Origin: Chthoniobacterales bacterium
Lineage (GTDB): Bacteria > Verrucomicrobiota > Verrucomicrobiia > Chthoniobacterales > Chthoniobacteraceae
DNA: 64,000 nt
Assembly (NCBI GenBank): GCA_038207335.1
Contig: JBBQZX010000005.1
Coordinates: 32,001-96,000 of the forward strand
Direction of reading: 5' to 3'
The translations under genes and the position numbers were made by a program. A model generated the notes under the pieces. It saw nothing but the letters and a program-made list of their open reading frames with translations. It ran no database searches and had not been told where the DNA came from. Below are positions 10,146-19,658 of the stretch, in pieces; position 1 is the first letter of the stretch; the number at the start of each line of letters is the position of its first letter.

Positions 10146-11347
10146 GGTTTCTCCAAGACGATCGTCGCGTTCGTGCCGCCGAAGCCGAACGAATTTGAGA
10201 TGGCACAGCGCATGTTTGCGGCGCGCGTTTCGTTCGCAACGATCTGAAGCGGCCATGCGGGATCGGTCTCCGTGTGGTTGATGTTCGCGGGCAAGAATCC
10301 GTCGCGTATCGCGAGAATTGTGAAGACCGCCTCGATCGCTCCGGCGGCGCCGAGCGAGTGGCCCATCATCGATTTGGTTGAACTCACCGGCACCGCGTGG
10401 TCACCAAAAAGCTGCGCGATGGCGGTGCCTTCGGTCGCATCGTTGAAGGTCGTCGCGGTCCCGTGAGCATTGATGTAATCGACCTCCGCAGGCGACCGGC
10501 CTGCGGACGCGAGAGCGCGCTGCATCGCCTGCAGCGGGCCGATGCCGGATGGATGCGGCTGCGTGAGATGATGGTTGTCGGTCGAGATTCCGTAGCCGGT
10601 GATTTCGGCGAGGATCGTCGCGCCTCGCGCCTGCGCGGACTCCATTTCTTCGAGCGCGAGGATCGCCGCGCCTTCGCCGAGCACGAGTCCGGTGCGATTT
10701 CTGTCGAAGGGCCGAATCTTTTCCGGCGTCGATGCCTGGAGCGAATCGAAGCCGACGAAAACCATTTCCGAAATCGCGTCGTAGCCCCCGCAGAGTACGC
10801 GGCGGTGCAGGCCGGCGCGGATCAAATTGAACGCGTGGCCGATCGCGTTGCTGCCGGATGCGCATGCATTTGCGATGATCTGGCTCGGGGCGGAAAAGCC
10901 GCACGCCTCCTGCGCGTCGAGCACCGCCTTTTGCGGGAGATAATTTGCCAGCCACCCGCCGCGCTTGTGTGGACGAGCCTTCGCGACCTGCGCGCGATAG
11001 AATTGCTCGCCGAAACTCATGCCGCCGCTAGTTGTGCCGACGACCATCAACTCGGGTGAAAACTCGGGGTCGCCTGCCTGCGCCTCGCGCGCGGCGAGGA
11101 TCATCATGCGACTCGCGGGATGCAGTCGTGCCCACTTTTTCCCATCGCCGTCGGCGCGTAAGTCACCGACCTGGCCCGCCGTTTTAGAGCGCGTCTTCGA
11201 CACGTCGAAAGTCGTCACCGGTGCCACGCAATCCCGCGCCTCCCAAAGCGCGCGTGCATTCACCTCCAACCCGATTCCGAGCGGGCTGACGACGCCCGCC
11301 GCAGTCACGGCGACGCGGCGCGGGGCGATGGTTTCTTTTCCGGACAC
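10142..11347 (-). CDS. Beta-ketoacyl-ACP synthase II-like (FabF family)
   Basis: NACASG (Cys), INAHGTAT (His), GHSLGAAG (His), SNSFGFGG; GTG start at 11347 inferred. Confidence 0.9.
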   Translation of the reverse strand: MSGKETIAPRRVAVTAAGVVSPLGIGLEVNARALWEARDCVAPVTTFDVSKTRSKTAGQVGDLRADGDGKKWARLHPASRMMILAAREAQAGDPEFSPELMVVGTTSGGMSFGEQFYRAQVAKARPHKRGGWLANYLPQKAVLDAQEACGFSAPSQIIANACASGSNAIGHAFNLIRAGLHRRVLCGGYDAISEMVFVGFDSLQASTPEKIRPFDRNRTGLVLGEGAAILALEEMESAQARGATILAEITGYGISTDNHHLTQPHPSGIGPLQAMQRALASAGRSPAEVDYINAHGTATTFNDATEGTAIAQLFGDHAVPVSSTKSMMGHSLGAAGAIEAVFTILAIRDGFLPANINHTETDPAWPLQIVANETRAANMRCAISNSFGFGGTNATIVLEKP

Positions 11348-11408
11348 TGCGGAGGTGTAGCACAAAAGTTGATGCCCCACTCCAGCGTTTCGCGTTACGA
11401 CGAGCGGC

Positions 11409-11750
11409 ATGGAACCCTTTTCTCTCCTCGCCGCCCTCAAAGTCGCGGGCCTCGTCGTCACGCCGTGGAAGATCGTCGGCTGGATCGGCAACCTGATTTT
11501 CAGCACGCGATTCATCTACCAGTGGCTCGCCTCCGAGCGCGCGAAGCGGAGCGTGATCCCGGCGGGATTTTGGCTGCTGAGCACGCTCGGGTCGCTCTTT
11601 CTACTGGCGTATTTCGGCTTCTACCGGCGCGATTCGGTGGGCGTGATTTCGACCGTGTTTCCTCTGCCGATTTATCTGCGAAATCTCTACCTGCAGCTCA
11701 AGCACCGGCATCCAGTGCATCCCGGAAACGAGCCGCGCGTGGCGCAGTGA
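11409..11750 (+). CDS. Stand-alone lipid A biosynthesis N-terminal (LAB_N) domain membrane protein
   Basis: GWIGNLIFSTRFIYQWLASERAKRSVIPAGFWLLS...YLRNL. Confidence 0.82.
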   Translation: MEPFSLLAALKVAGLVVTPWKIVGWIGNLIFSTRFIYQWLASERAKRSVIPAGFWLLSTLGSLFLLAYFGFYRRDSVGVISTVFPLPIYLRNLYLQLKHRHPVHPGNEPRVAQ

Positions 11751-11778
11751 GGAATGGTCGAGTCCCCTGCGAAGGCTG

Positions 11779-13677
11779 ATGTTTCCTAGCTTTCTCTCAC
11801 TCTCGAGCGCGTGGCTTTTCGCGCTGCTCGTGCCGCTGACGGCGCTTTATTTTTTGAAGCTGAAGCGTCCGCGGCAGGTGATTCCGTCGCTGGTTTTGTG
11901 GCGGCAGGTGATGAACGATCAGCGCGTCAATTCACCGTTCCAGCGCTTCAAGCGGAATCTGCTTTTGCTCCTGCAAATTCTGCTGCTGACGCTGCTCGTG
12001 CTCGCCGCGATGCAGCCGCTGCTACGCCACCGGAGCTCGGTAGCAGGACGCCTTCCCGTCCTCATAGACACGTCGGCAAGCATGGCGGCGTTGGACAAGC
12101 CGGGCGGAATATCTCGGCTCGACGCGGTGAAAAGACGCGTTGGAGAAATGCTCGATGCGCTTCCGGCGGATCAGCAGATCAGTCTCATCGCGTTTGGGAA
12201 AACCGCGCGGCGCCTGACGGAATTCACGAATAACGCGCGAGAGCTGCGCACGGCTTTGGACGCGATCGATGTCGAGGATGTGCCGGGCGATTTGGAGGAG
12301 GCTCTGCGGCTAGCGCAGGGGCTGGCGCGCAGCGCGCCGTTCGATCGCGTGCTGCTGCTCTCGGACGGCAATTTTCCCGCGCGGACGAACTTCGAGCTGC
12401 CGTTTAAAATCGACTACGAACGGGTTGCGCCTGCAGGCGGAAATTTCGGAGTCACGGCGTGCAGCGCGCGGCGTGGGCTGAGCGGGCAGTGGGAGGTCTT
12501 CGTGCAGCTCGGCGGCTCGGCGGGCGCGGAGGCGACGACGGGCTCGGTGGAGCTGCGGCAGGACGGTGCGGTGGTCGCGACGGAGCCGGTGACACTGGTC
12601 GCTGAGAGCGCTCCGGGGCTGGCTTTCAAAGTCGCGGCGCAGGGCGCTACGACGATCGAGGTGCGGCTGATTCCGGGCGGCTTCGATTCGCTGGCGTCGG
12701 ACAATTCGGCGTGGCTCACGCTGCCCGCGCCTCGCCCACTGGATGTCTTCGTGCCGCCGCGCATGGCGGCGTTTCGGCATGCGTTGGAGGCGCTCGATGG
12801 TGTGCGGCTGTGGCCGCAGGATGGCATGGCGTCGCCGAGCGTGTTCGATCTCGCGCTGACGGATCAGGCGGGCGATTTGCCACTCGCGGGGCGGGTGGTT
12901 TGCACGGTCGGATTCGTGCCGGAGGAGCTTGCGAAAATGGTCGCAATGCAGAGCGGAAATTCGGCGGTCGTGGATTGGCGGCGCGATTCGCCGCTGCTGC
13001 GGCATGTGGTGCTCGACGATGTGATTTTCATGGATGAGCCCCGGATGGCGTCGGCGGTGTCGGAGCCGGATTTCGCGAGCGCCGGATTCGCTGTCCTGGC
13101 GCAGGGCGCGCACGGGCCGCTGCTGCTGGAAAAGCGCGAGCGAGATGGCGTGCGGATTCACGCGCTGTTCGCGCCGGAGCGCTCGACGCTGCCGTATCGC
13201 GTGGGGTTTCCGATCTTCGTGTCAAATCTCGTGCAGACCGCGCAGGGCGAGTCGAAGCTGGCTGAGGTGAGCGCCGCGCAGACCGGCGTGTTGCCGTCGA
13301 TCGCGGTCGCAGCGGGATCGCAGTTTGAGATTTCAGGGCCGTCGAATTTTCATCGTGAGGAACGGTCGGATGGGGCGGGGGAGTTGAGCGGGGTGCCGGC
13401 TCCGCGTGCCGGTGAATACTTGATTCGCGGGCCGGGCGCTTTGGATTTGAAGGTGGGCGCGAGTTTGCTCTCGGTGGCTGAGACGGACCTTGCGGGAGTC
13501 GATGCGCTGGAGTTTTCCGACCAGATCAAAGTGCAGGCGGCGAGTGGTCCGTCGGCGATGTCAGATCGAAGTTTGTGGTGGCCGGTGGCGTGTGCGGCCT
13601 TCGCAACTCTGCTCGTGGAGTGGTGGTATTTCCAGCGGTGCCCGACGGTTGCGGAGCGGCGGGTGACTGGCGGGTAA
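11779..13677 (+). CDS. BatA-domain plus von Willebrand factor A membrane protein
   Basis: N-terminal BatA-like LYFLKLKR..PSLVLW..LLLLQ, MIDAS DTSASM, LSDG, C-terminal TM ending LLVEWW. Confidence 0.85.
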   Translation: MFPSFLSLSSAWLFALLVPLTALYFLKLKRPRQVIPSLVLWRQVMNDQRVNSPFQRFKRNLLLLLQILLLTLLVLAAMQPLLRHRSSVAGRLPVLIDTSASMAALDKPGGISRLDAVKRRVGEMLDALPADQQISLIAFGKTARRLTEFTNNARELRTALDAIDVEDVPGDLEEALRLAQGLARSAPFDRVLLLSDGNFPARTNFELPFKIDYERVAPAGGNFGVTACSARRGLSGQWEVFVQLGGSAGAEATTGSVELRQDGAVVATEPVTLVAESAPGLAFKVAAQGATTIEVRLIPGGFDSLASDNSAWLTLPAPRPLDVFVPPRMAAFRHALEALDGVRLWPQDGMASPSVFDLALTDQAGDLPLAGRVVCTVGFVPEELAKMVAMQSGNSAVVDWRRDSPLLRHVVLDDVIFMDEPRMASAVSEPDFASAGFAVLAQGAHGPLLLEKRERDGVRIHALFAPERSTLPYRVGFPIFVSNLVQTAQGESKLAEVSAAQTGVLPSIAVAAGSQFEISGPSNFHREERSDGAGELSGVPAPRAGEYLIRGPGALDLKVGASLLSVAETDLAGVDALEFSDQIKVQAASGPSAMSDRSLWWPVACAAFATLLVEWWYFQRCPTVAERRVTGG

Positions 13678-13787
13678 GCGGTGGAAAATTCGCGATAGGA
13701 GTCACGCGGCGAGCGTTTGATCGCGGCCTCCTGCCTCGATCAGGCGCTGATTTCGAGGACAAGCAGGATTTTCGCCGCGGAGGCGGC

Positions 13788-15296
13788 TCAGTCGAACTCG
13801 ACGTGGTGGACGCGGAGCGTGTTGCCGGTTTGGCGCTGGTACTCGGAGATGGATTTGTTGTAGTCGCTGCGGGATCGGAGTTCGGCGGCTTCGGCTTCGA
13901 TGAGTTTTTTCTGGAGCTCGAGGACTTCGAAGGTGGTGCCGGCTCCGGCTCGGAGCCGCTGCTCACCGGCAGCGAGGCTCTCTTTTGCCAATGCGCTCGC
14001 TTCGACTGTGGAAGCGATGCGCTCGCGATTGGTGGTGATTTGACGCGATGCGGCATCCACATCGACGACGATTTGCTGCTCGAGGCGCTGGAGATCGATG
14101 AGTGATTGGGCGGCGGAAATTTTCGCGGCGGCGACGCTTCCACGGCCTTCGCGATTTGGGATGGGGACGCTGAAAATCGCGCCGGCGCTCCACTCGCTGC
14201 TGTCGCGCCTGGCGGTGCGCTCGAGGCTGCCGGTGAAGCCGCTGTCGAAGCCGAGGAGACGCAGGCTGCCGGTGAGGTCGAGGCGCGGGAGGGCGAGATT
14301 TTTGGTGAGCGCGACTGTGATGTCACGGCGGCGGATTTCGAGGAGCGCCTGCTGGTAATCGGGGCGGAGGACGAGGGCGTCGTTGATGCCGGCGGGGACG
14401 TCGGCTTTGAAGAGCGGCTCGGGCGGCGGTTCGATTTCGACTTTCACATCGAGCATGGGCTCGAGGTCGGTGGTGACGAGTTGCTTGAGGAGGTTCTCGT
14501 TGTCGCGGACTCCGCCGAGCGCGAGGATGACGCCTTCCTTTCGCGCAGCGGCTTCGGCACGCGCGGTGGTGACGTCGAGCGGGGACATGACGCCGATTTG
14601 AGAGCGCTTCGTATTGTCGGAGAGCAGCTGGAGCGCAAGCTCGCGGGAGCGCTCGGCGACGCGGAGATTTTCGGCGGCGAGGTGGAGTTCGACGTAAACG
14701 AAATAGGTGGTGGTGATGGTGTCGATGATCTGCTTGCGGAGAGCTTGCTCGGAGACGAGGACGTTGTTCCGCGCGATGCGGATTTGGGCGAGATTTGCGG
14801 TGGTGCCGCCGCCGCGGAGGAGGGGCTGGATGAGGGTGAGGGAGGCGTTGGTGCCAAAGGTGTCGGTGAAGTTGTTCGCGCTGCCGGTGGCGTTGCCGGT
14901 GCCGATGCCGAGGTCGTAGGCGGTACCGAGCGGGGTGATGCCGGAGAAGCCCGTGCTGACGGTGTCGGCGCGGGTGATTAGGCCCGTGCGTCCGCCATTT
15001 CGGAGGCGCAGCTCGGAGTCGGAGAGGTGGCGTCCATTTTCAAAAAACGCGCGCATGGAGGTCTCGGCGCGGCTGGCGGAAATATCGAAACGCGGGTCGA
15101 AGCGGCCGATTTGCTCGGTGACTCGAGCGCGCGCGATTTGGGGTTCAAAGCGCTGGACTTGGATGTTGAAGTTTTTGGCGAGAGCCATCTGGATGGCCGA
15201 CTCGGGGGTGAGGTGGAGGACGCCAGGACGGCTGACATTTTCTCCCGCGAATAGGGCGAGCGGGAGCAGGAGGAGTGGGATGAAAAAGCGGGACAT
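13788..15296 (-). CDS. TolC-family outer membrane efflux protein
   Basis: Signal peptide, AIQMALAKN, QPLLRG, RPDY, LPRLDL, AGAGTTFEVL repeats. Confidence 0.88.
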   Translation of the reverse strand: MSRFFIPLLLLPLALFAGENVSRPGVLHLTPESAIQMALAKNFNIQVQRFEPQIARARVTEQIGRFDPRFDISASRAETSMRAFFENGRHLSDSELRLRNGGRTGLITRADTVSTGFSGITPLGTAYDLGIGTGNATGSANNFTDTFGTNASLTLIQPLLRGGGTTANLAQIRIARNNVLVSEQALRKQIIDTITTTYFVYVELHLAAENLRVAERSRELALQLLSDNTKRSQIGVMSPLDVTTARAEAAARKEGVILALGGVRDNENLLKQLVTTDLEPMLDVKVEIEPPPEPLFKADVPAGINDALVLRPDYQQALLEIRRRDITVALTKNLALPRLDLTGSLRLLGFDSGFTGSLERTARRDSSEWSAGAIFSVPIPNREGRGSVAAAKISAAQSLIDLQRLEQQIVVDVDAASRQITTNRERIASTVEASALAKESLAAGEQRLRAGAGTTFEVLELQKKLIEAEAAELRSRSDYNKSISEYQRQTGNTLRVHHVEFD

Positions 15297-15421
15297 GCGG
15301 GATGGGATAATCTCGGAAGGGGTGGAAACTTATCCGTTTCGCGCGCGTCGGCGAGTACGTGAGAGGCTGAGTGTCGCGCCGTTTGACACTCGCGCGCGCC
15401 CCTCCTACGCTCCCCGCCCCC

Positions 15422-16549
15422 ATGCCCGCGAGCTCTCCTATCACCCGGCAGACGGTCGGGAAGACTTTCGTCGTCGCGAGCAGTGTGCTCGGGGCGGCGG
15501 CCCTGGCGCAGATTGGGGCGATCACTTTCGCGCTCGCGACGAAGCGCCCGCTGCCGGGTCCGATCGTGGAAATGCGCGTGAACCCTTCGCCAATGACAGC
15601 GGCGAAAATCACCAAGCCGGCAACGTTCACGCTCGCTCCACCGACGGAGGCATTGGAAGTGGCGACGCCCCTACTGGAGCCGCCTACGAAGGCGCATGAG
15701 GCAGCGACCGTGATGACTGCGGCGATCATCCCGCCGCTGCGTCCCATGCCTGTGATCCCGGAGAAGCTGGTGCAAACGCCGGCCCCCGCGACGCGCGAGC
15801 AGGAGCTGATCGAGCAGGGCCGCACGCTGCGTGACCGCGGCGATATGAATGGCGCGCTGACGAAGCTGCGCGAAGCGCAGACAGTGGCGCCGGCGAACCC
15901 GCAGGTGTTTGCGGAAATCGCGCTCACTTTTGAAAAAATGGGGCTGACGGATCGCGCGGCGGAGCAGTGGCGGAAGATTTACGAGATGGGGGAATCGGCG
16001 GGATCGTATTTCATTGCGGCGGATGCGCGGCTGAAGCAGAGCCAAGCATTGACGATGATGGAGGCGCAGAAGGAGGCGGCGGCGGTCGGGACCGGCGCGC
16101 CGGTTTCCAAGGCGAATCCGGAGGCCGTGCTCGGGCTCGGAGAGATCGCATCGGTCGATGTGCCCGATTCCGGTGGTGGGAAAAAATTCGTGCTTCGCGT
16201 GCCGATGAAAGCGCGGGCGGGTGCGAAAGTCGGCGTGCGCGACGTGGTGATCCACGTTCTTTTTTACGACCAAATTGGCGGGAAGGAAGTGGTTGAGACG
16301 AACGCAAATGTGACGTCGCGCTGGGCGAATACGCCACCCGACTGGGCGGAACGGGACACGGAGGTGCTGGAGGTGGAATACGTGCAGCCGCGGGTAGATC
16401 CTCGCGAGGCGGGGCGCGAGGATCGAAAATATTTTGGATACATCGTGCGGCTCTACTACAAGGGCGAGCTTCAAGATGAACGCGCCGATCCGCTGCGGCT
16501 CGCCGTGCAATTCGCCGCCCCTAAAACTCTCGAGAAAGACTCCCAATGA
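15422..16549 (+). CDS. Membrane-anchored protein with Pro-rich linker, TPR-like repeat and uncharacterised C-terminal domain
   Basis: N-terminal hydrophobic helix; GRTLRDRGDMNGALTKLREAQ..P.N..VFAEIA..FEKMG...AAEQW TPR pattern; ATGA overlap with the next gene. Confidence 0.65.
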   Translation: MPASSPITRQTVGKTFVVASSVLGAAALAQIGAITFALATKRPLPGPIVEMRVNPSPMTAAKITKPATFTLAPPTEALEVATPLLEPPTKAHEAATVMTAAIIPPLRPMPVIPEKLVQTPAPATREQELIEQGRTLRDRGDMNGALTKLREAQTVAPANPQVFAEIALTFEKMGLTDRAAEQWRKIYEMGESAGSYFIAADARLKQSQALTMMEAQKEAAAVGTGAPVSKANPEAVLGLGEIASVDVPDSGGGKKFVLRVPMKARAGAKVGVRDVVIHVLFYDQIGGKEVVETNANVTSRWANTPPDWAERDTEVLEVEYVQPRVDPREAGREDRKYFGYIVRLYYKGELQDERADPLRLAVQFAAPKTLEKDSQ

Positions 16550-18756
16550 ACATCATTCTGGCCGACGACGATCCGGACATTTTGCAATCGCTGCTCGCGG
16601 TGTTACAGCAGCTTCCTGGGCAGGAAGTGCGCGGCGCTGGCGCTGGCGGCGTGGCTCTGCAGGCTGCCGCGGCAATGGGCGGTGTGGACCTGCTAATCAC
16701 CGATGTGGTGATGGAGCCGATGAATGGGCTGATGCTCCGCGATGCTGTACTGAAGCGGTTTCCCAGCGCACGGGTGATTTTCATGAGCGGTTTCGATTTG
16801 AGTGATTACGCGGAACAGACGCAGGGGCATCAGGTGTTGCAGAAGCCGTTTGAGCCGTCTGAATTGATTGCGGCGATCGAGCGGGAATTTGCAGCGCCGC
16901 CTCCCGCGCCGGTGCCGGTGCCGGTAGCGGTGGCTTCGCCCGTTGCGGTGCCCCGCGCGGTCGCAGCGGTTCCGGTCGCGCAGCCAGCCGTGCGTGCAGC
17001 GGTCGCGACACAGCCGTGGGCGGTGGCTGCCGCTCCACGCGCGGTCGCGGCTCCGCAGGCGCGCGCCGTTCAGCCCGCTGTCGTTGCAGCCGTCCCGCGC
17101 GCCACGCCTGCGGTCTTGCCGCTGCCGGTAGCGCCCGTACAGTCAGTGCCGCAGCCCGCACCAGCCGGGGCGGAGGCGGACGAGAGCGAGTCTCTGATCG
17201 GCGAGACGCTCGGTGCGTATCAGATCGTCAGTGAACTGGGCACGGGACGCTGGGGCCGGGTTTACGCGGCGGTGCAAATTTCCATCAACCGTCCTGTCGG
17301 TCTCAAAGTCCTCGATGCACGCCGTGCCGCGGATGAGAACCAAAAGGCGCGCTTCATCGCCGACGCGCGCGCAAAGGCGCATGTCCAGCATCCCTCCATC
17401 CTCTCCGTTTATGAGGCGGGCGAAGTCGGGGGCCGCATTTTCTACGCCCACGAATACGTCGATGGCCACACGCTCGCCGAGTATCAGGCTGGCGGGCAGA
17501 AGCTCGACGAGCCGAATGCCCTGAAAATCCTGCGCGCCGCAGGCGATTCGCTCGCCTACCTCCAGACCCACAAAATCCCGCACTCCGCGCTCGACTCCTC
17601 CTCTATCTATCTCGGCCAGGATGGCACCCCGCATCTCGCGAATCTCGCGACGCAAATTGCCGACCAGCAACTCACGCCTGAGCAGGAAATGCAGGCCCTC
17701 GGGCGCATCATGCTCTCCGTCGTTCCCTCCGCACAAAATCTCAGCCACGGGCTCCGCGCGCTGCTCGGCCGCATGGTGCAAGTCGGGCCGAACGCCCTCG
17801 CCGGCTGGGGCGCGTTGCTTCAGGGCGTGAAGGCTCTCGAACCGAAAGTCGTCCCGGTTGAGGCAGCGAAAATCAGCGCGCAGGATCGCGCCGCGATCGA
17901 AGCCGTGGAGGCCGCGCGCAAGTCCGAGAAGCGCTCGCTCATCCTCACCGTCGGCAGCATGACGATCACCCTGCTGGCGGTCATCGCGGTCATTTGGTGG
18001 AAATTTTTCACCACCAACGAGCGCATCCTGGACGTGCAGATCGAGATTCCCGCGGGCACCTACAAGACCAGCAACGGCAGCGTGCATCTCGACACGTTCT
18101 GGATCGACAAATACGAAACCACGATCGGGCAGTACGCGAAATTTCTCCAGTATCTCGACACCCACCCGACCGCCGAGGAGGAGCTGAACCACCCGAAGCA
18201 GCCGCGCCAGCTCAGCCACGTTCCACAGAATTGGGACATCTATTTTGGCCAGGCAAAAGTCAGGGGTGCGGCGCACAGCTCGCCGATTTCGCTGAACTCG
18301 CCCGTCATGGTCGTCACTTGGTGGGACGCCTACGCCTTTGCCCGATGGAAAGGTCGCGATCTTCCCTCCGAGGATGAATGGGAGGCCGCCGGACGCGGCA
18401 CGCAGGGTTTGATCTATCCGTGGGGCAACGAGTTCGACAAGAGCAAGGTCAACTCCAGCGCCGACTACAACTACGCCGAGCCGCAGATCAAGGGGAGCGT
18501 GGACGGCTTCAACTACTGGGGCGACGTGGACCAGATGACGAGCGACAAGAGCCCCTTAGGCGTGATCGGCATGGCGGGTAATGTCGCCGAGTGGGTCGCG
18601 TGGCCGGACAAGGCCAAGTTCCCCACTTTGAAAGGCGGCAGCTTTGCCACCGCCGACTGTCGCCTTGACAAGAACGTCACCGACCGCGAACCGGGAAAAG
18701 CCGAAGAGTGGATCGGCTTCCGCACCGTCTCCCACACTCCTCCCGTCAAAAAATGA
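16546..18756 (+). CDS. Fusion protein: response-regulator receiver, Ala/Pro/Val linker, Hanks-type pseudokinase, TM helix and FGE-sulfatase (SUMF1/PvdO-like) domain
   Basis: Receiver ADDD / LITDVVM / MSG / KPF; kinase LGTGRWGRVY, VGLKVL, HPSIL; TM ITLLAVIAVIWW; FGE-fold IDKYETT, LPSEDEWE, YPWG, GMAGNVAEW, IGFR. Confidence 0.85.
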   Translation: MNIILADDDPDILQSLLAVLQQLPGQEVRGAGAGGVALQAAAAMGGVDLLITDVVMEPMNGLMLRDAVLKRFPSARVIFMSGFDLSDYAEQTQGHQVLQKPFEPSELIAAIEREFAAPPPAPVPVPVAVASPVAVPRAVAAVPVAQPAVRAAVATQPWAVAAAPRAVAAPQARAVQPAVVAAVPRATPAVLPLPVAPVQSVPQPAPAGAEADESESLIGETLGAYQIVSELGTGRWGRVYAAVQISINRPVGLKVLDARRAADENQKARFIADARAKAHVQHPSILSVYEAGEVGGRIFYAHEYVDGHTLAEYQAGGQKLDEPNALKILRAAGDSLAYLQTHKIPHSALDSSSIYLGQDGTPHLANLATQIADQQLTPEQEMQALGRIMLSVVPSAQNLSHGLRALLGRMVQVGPNALAGWGALLQGVKALEPKVVPVEAAKISAQDRAAIEAVEAARKSEKRSLILTVGSMTITLLAVIAVIWWKFFTTNERILDVQIEIPAGTYKTSNGSVHLDTFWIDKYETTIGQYAKFLQYLDTHPTAEEELNHPKQPRQLSHVPQNWDIYFGQAKVRGAAHSSPISLNSPVMVVTWWDAYAFARWKGRDLPSEDEWEAAGRGTQGLIYPWGNEFDKSKVNSSADYNYAEPQIKGSVDGFNYWGDVDQMTSDKSPLGVIGMAGNVAEWVAWPDKAKFPTLKGGSFATADCRLDKNVTDREPGKAEEWIGFRTVSHTPPVKK

Positions 18757-19625
18757 ACCGCCTCCGCACACTCCTCATCCTCCTCGCCGCCTGCGCCACC
18801 GCGCACGCGCAGATCTCCGTCGATCTCCAGATCAAGCGCCGCAACTTTCTCCGTTACGAGCCGATCCTCGCCACCGTCAATATCACGAATCTCTCCGGGC
18901 GCGATCTTCACCTCGAGGACGGCTCGACGCAGTGGTTCGGCTTCCAGATCAACAGCAACGGCTCCGGCGAAAGCATCGTCCCGCCGCGCAATCCCGACTA
19001 CCACCTCGAGGGGCTCTTGCTGAAAGCGGGCGAAAGCGTGAAGCGCACGCTGGATCTCAACACGCTCTTCGGGCTCGGGGAGTTCGGCGTTTATAAAATA
19101 AAGGCCACCATCTACTCCTCGGAGCTCGACAAGATTTTCACCTCCCGCCCGGATGCCATCAACGTCGCCGAGGGGCATCTGGTGTGGCAGCAGAGCGTCG
19201 GCGTCCCCGAGGGACAGGCAAATGCGGGCGCGACGCACGTCGTCTCCGTCATCAGCTACCAGGACACGGAGCACAAATACCTCTACGTTCGCATCGAGGA
19301 TCGCGACGCGGGCACCATCTTCTGCACGCAGCAGATCGGGCCGATGCTCGACGGGCAGGAGCCGACGATGCAGTTCGACACGTCGAACAATCTCTACGTG
19401 ATGCTGTGCGTCGGGCCGAAAGCCTACACGCTCACGAAGTTCGGCGTGAATGGCGATCTCCAGGGCCAGACCAACTACACCTCCACCAAATCCCGCCCGA
19501 TGATGCGCCGTCTCGCTGACGGCCAACTCCAGATCATGGGTGGCCACCGCGAAGCCGAGAAGACCACCGCGAGCATGATCACGCCGAAGCTCTCCGATCG
19601 CCCGGCAGGCATCCCGGCGAACTAG
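18753..19625 (+). CDS. Secreted/periplasmic protein of unknown function
   Basis: Signal peptide ending AHA|Q, beta-rich body, ATGA overlap with the upstream fusion gene. Confidence 0.75.
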   Translation: MNRLRTLLILLAACATAHAQISVDLQIKRRNFLRYEPILATVNITNLSGRDLHLEDGSTQWFGFQINSNGSGESIVPPRNPDYHLEGLLLKAGESVKRTLDLNTLFGLGEFGVYKIKATIYSSELDKIFTSRPDAINVAEGHLVWQQSVGVPEGQANAGATHVVSVISYQDTEHKYLYVRIEDRDAGTIFCTQQIGPMLDGQEPTMQFDTSNNLYVMLCVGPKAYTLTKFGVNGDLQGQTNYTSTKSRPMMRRLADGQLQIMGGHREAEKTTASMITPKLSDRPAGIPAN

Positions 19626-19658
19626 GGCCAGCCGCAAGCCAGCGGCTTGCGTTACTTT

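Noticed and set aside
13678..13787. Nested imperfect hairpin between the convergent vWA and tolC genes as an ncRNA
   Set aside because: The pairing is imperfect and it has no recognisable family features. At most it is a bidirectional terminator.
16895..17170. PRAVAA-like repeats as a DNA repeat element
   Set aside because: This is a low-complexity Ala/Pro/Val protein linker with irregular period.
18040..18756. FGE-fold domain as a diversity-generating retroelement target
   Set aside because: No reverse transcriptase and no template-repeat copy of the 3' region are visible in the window.
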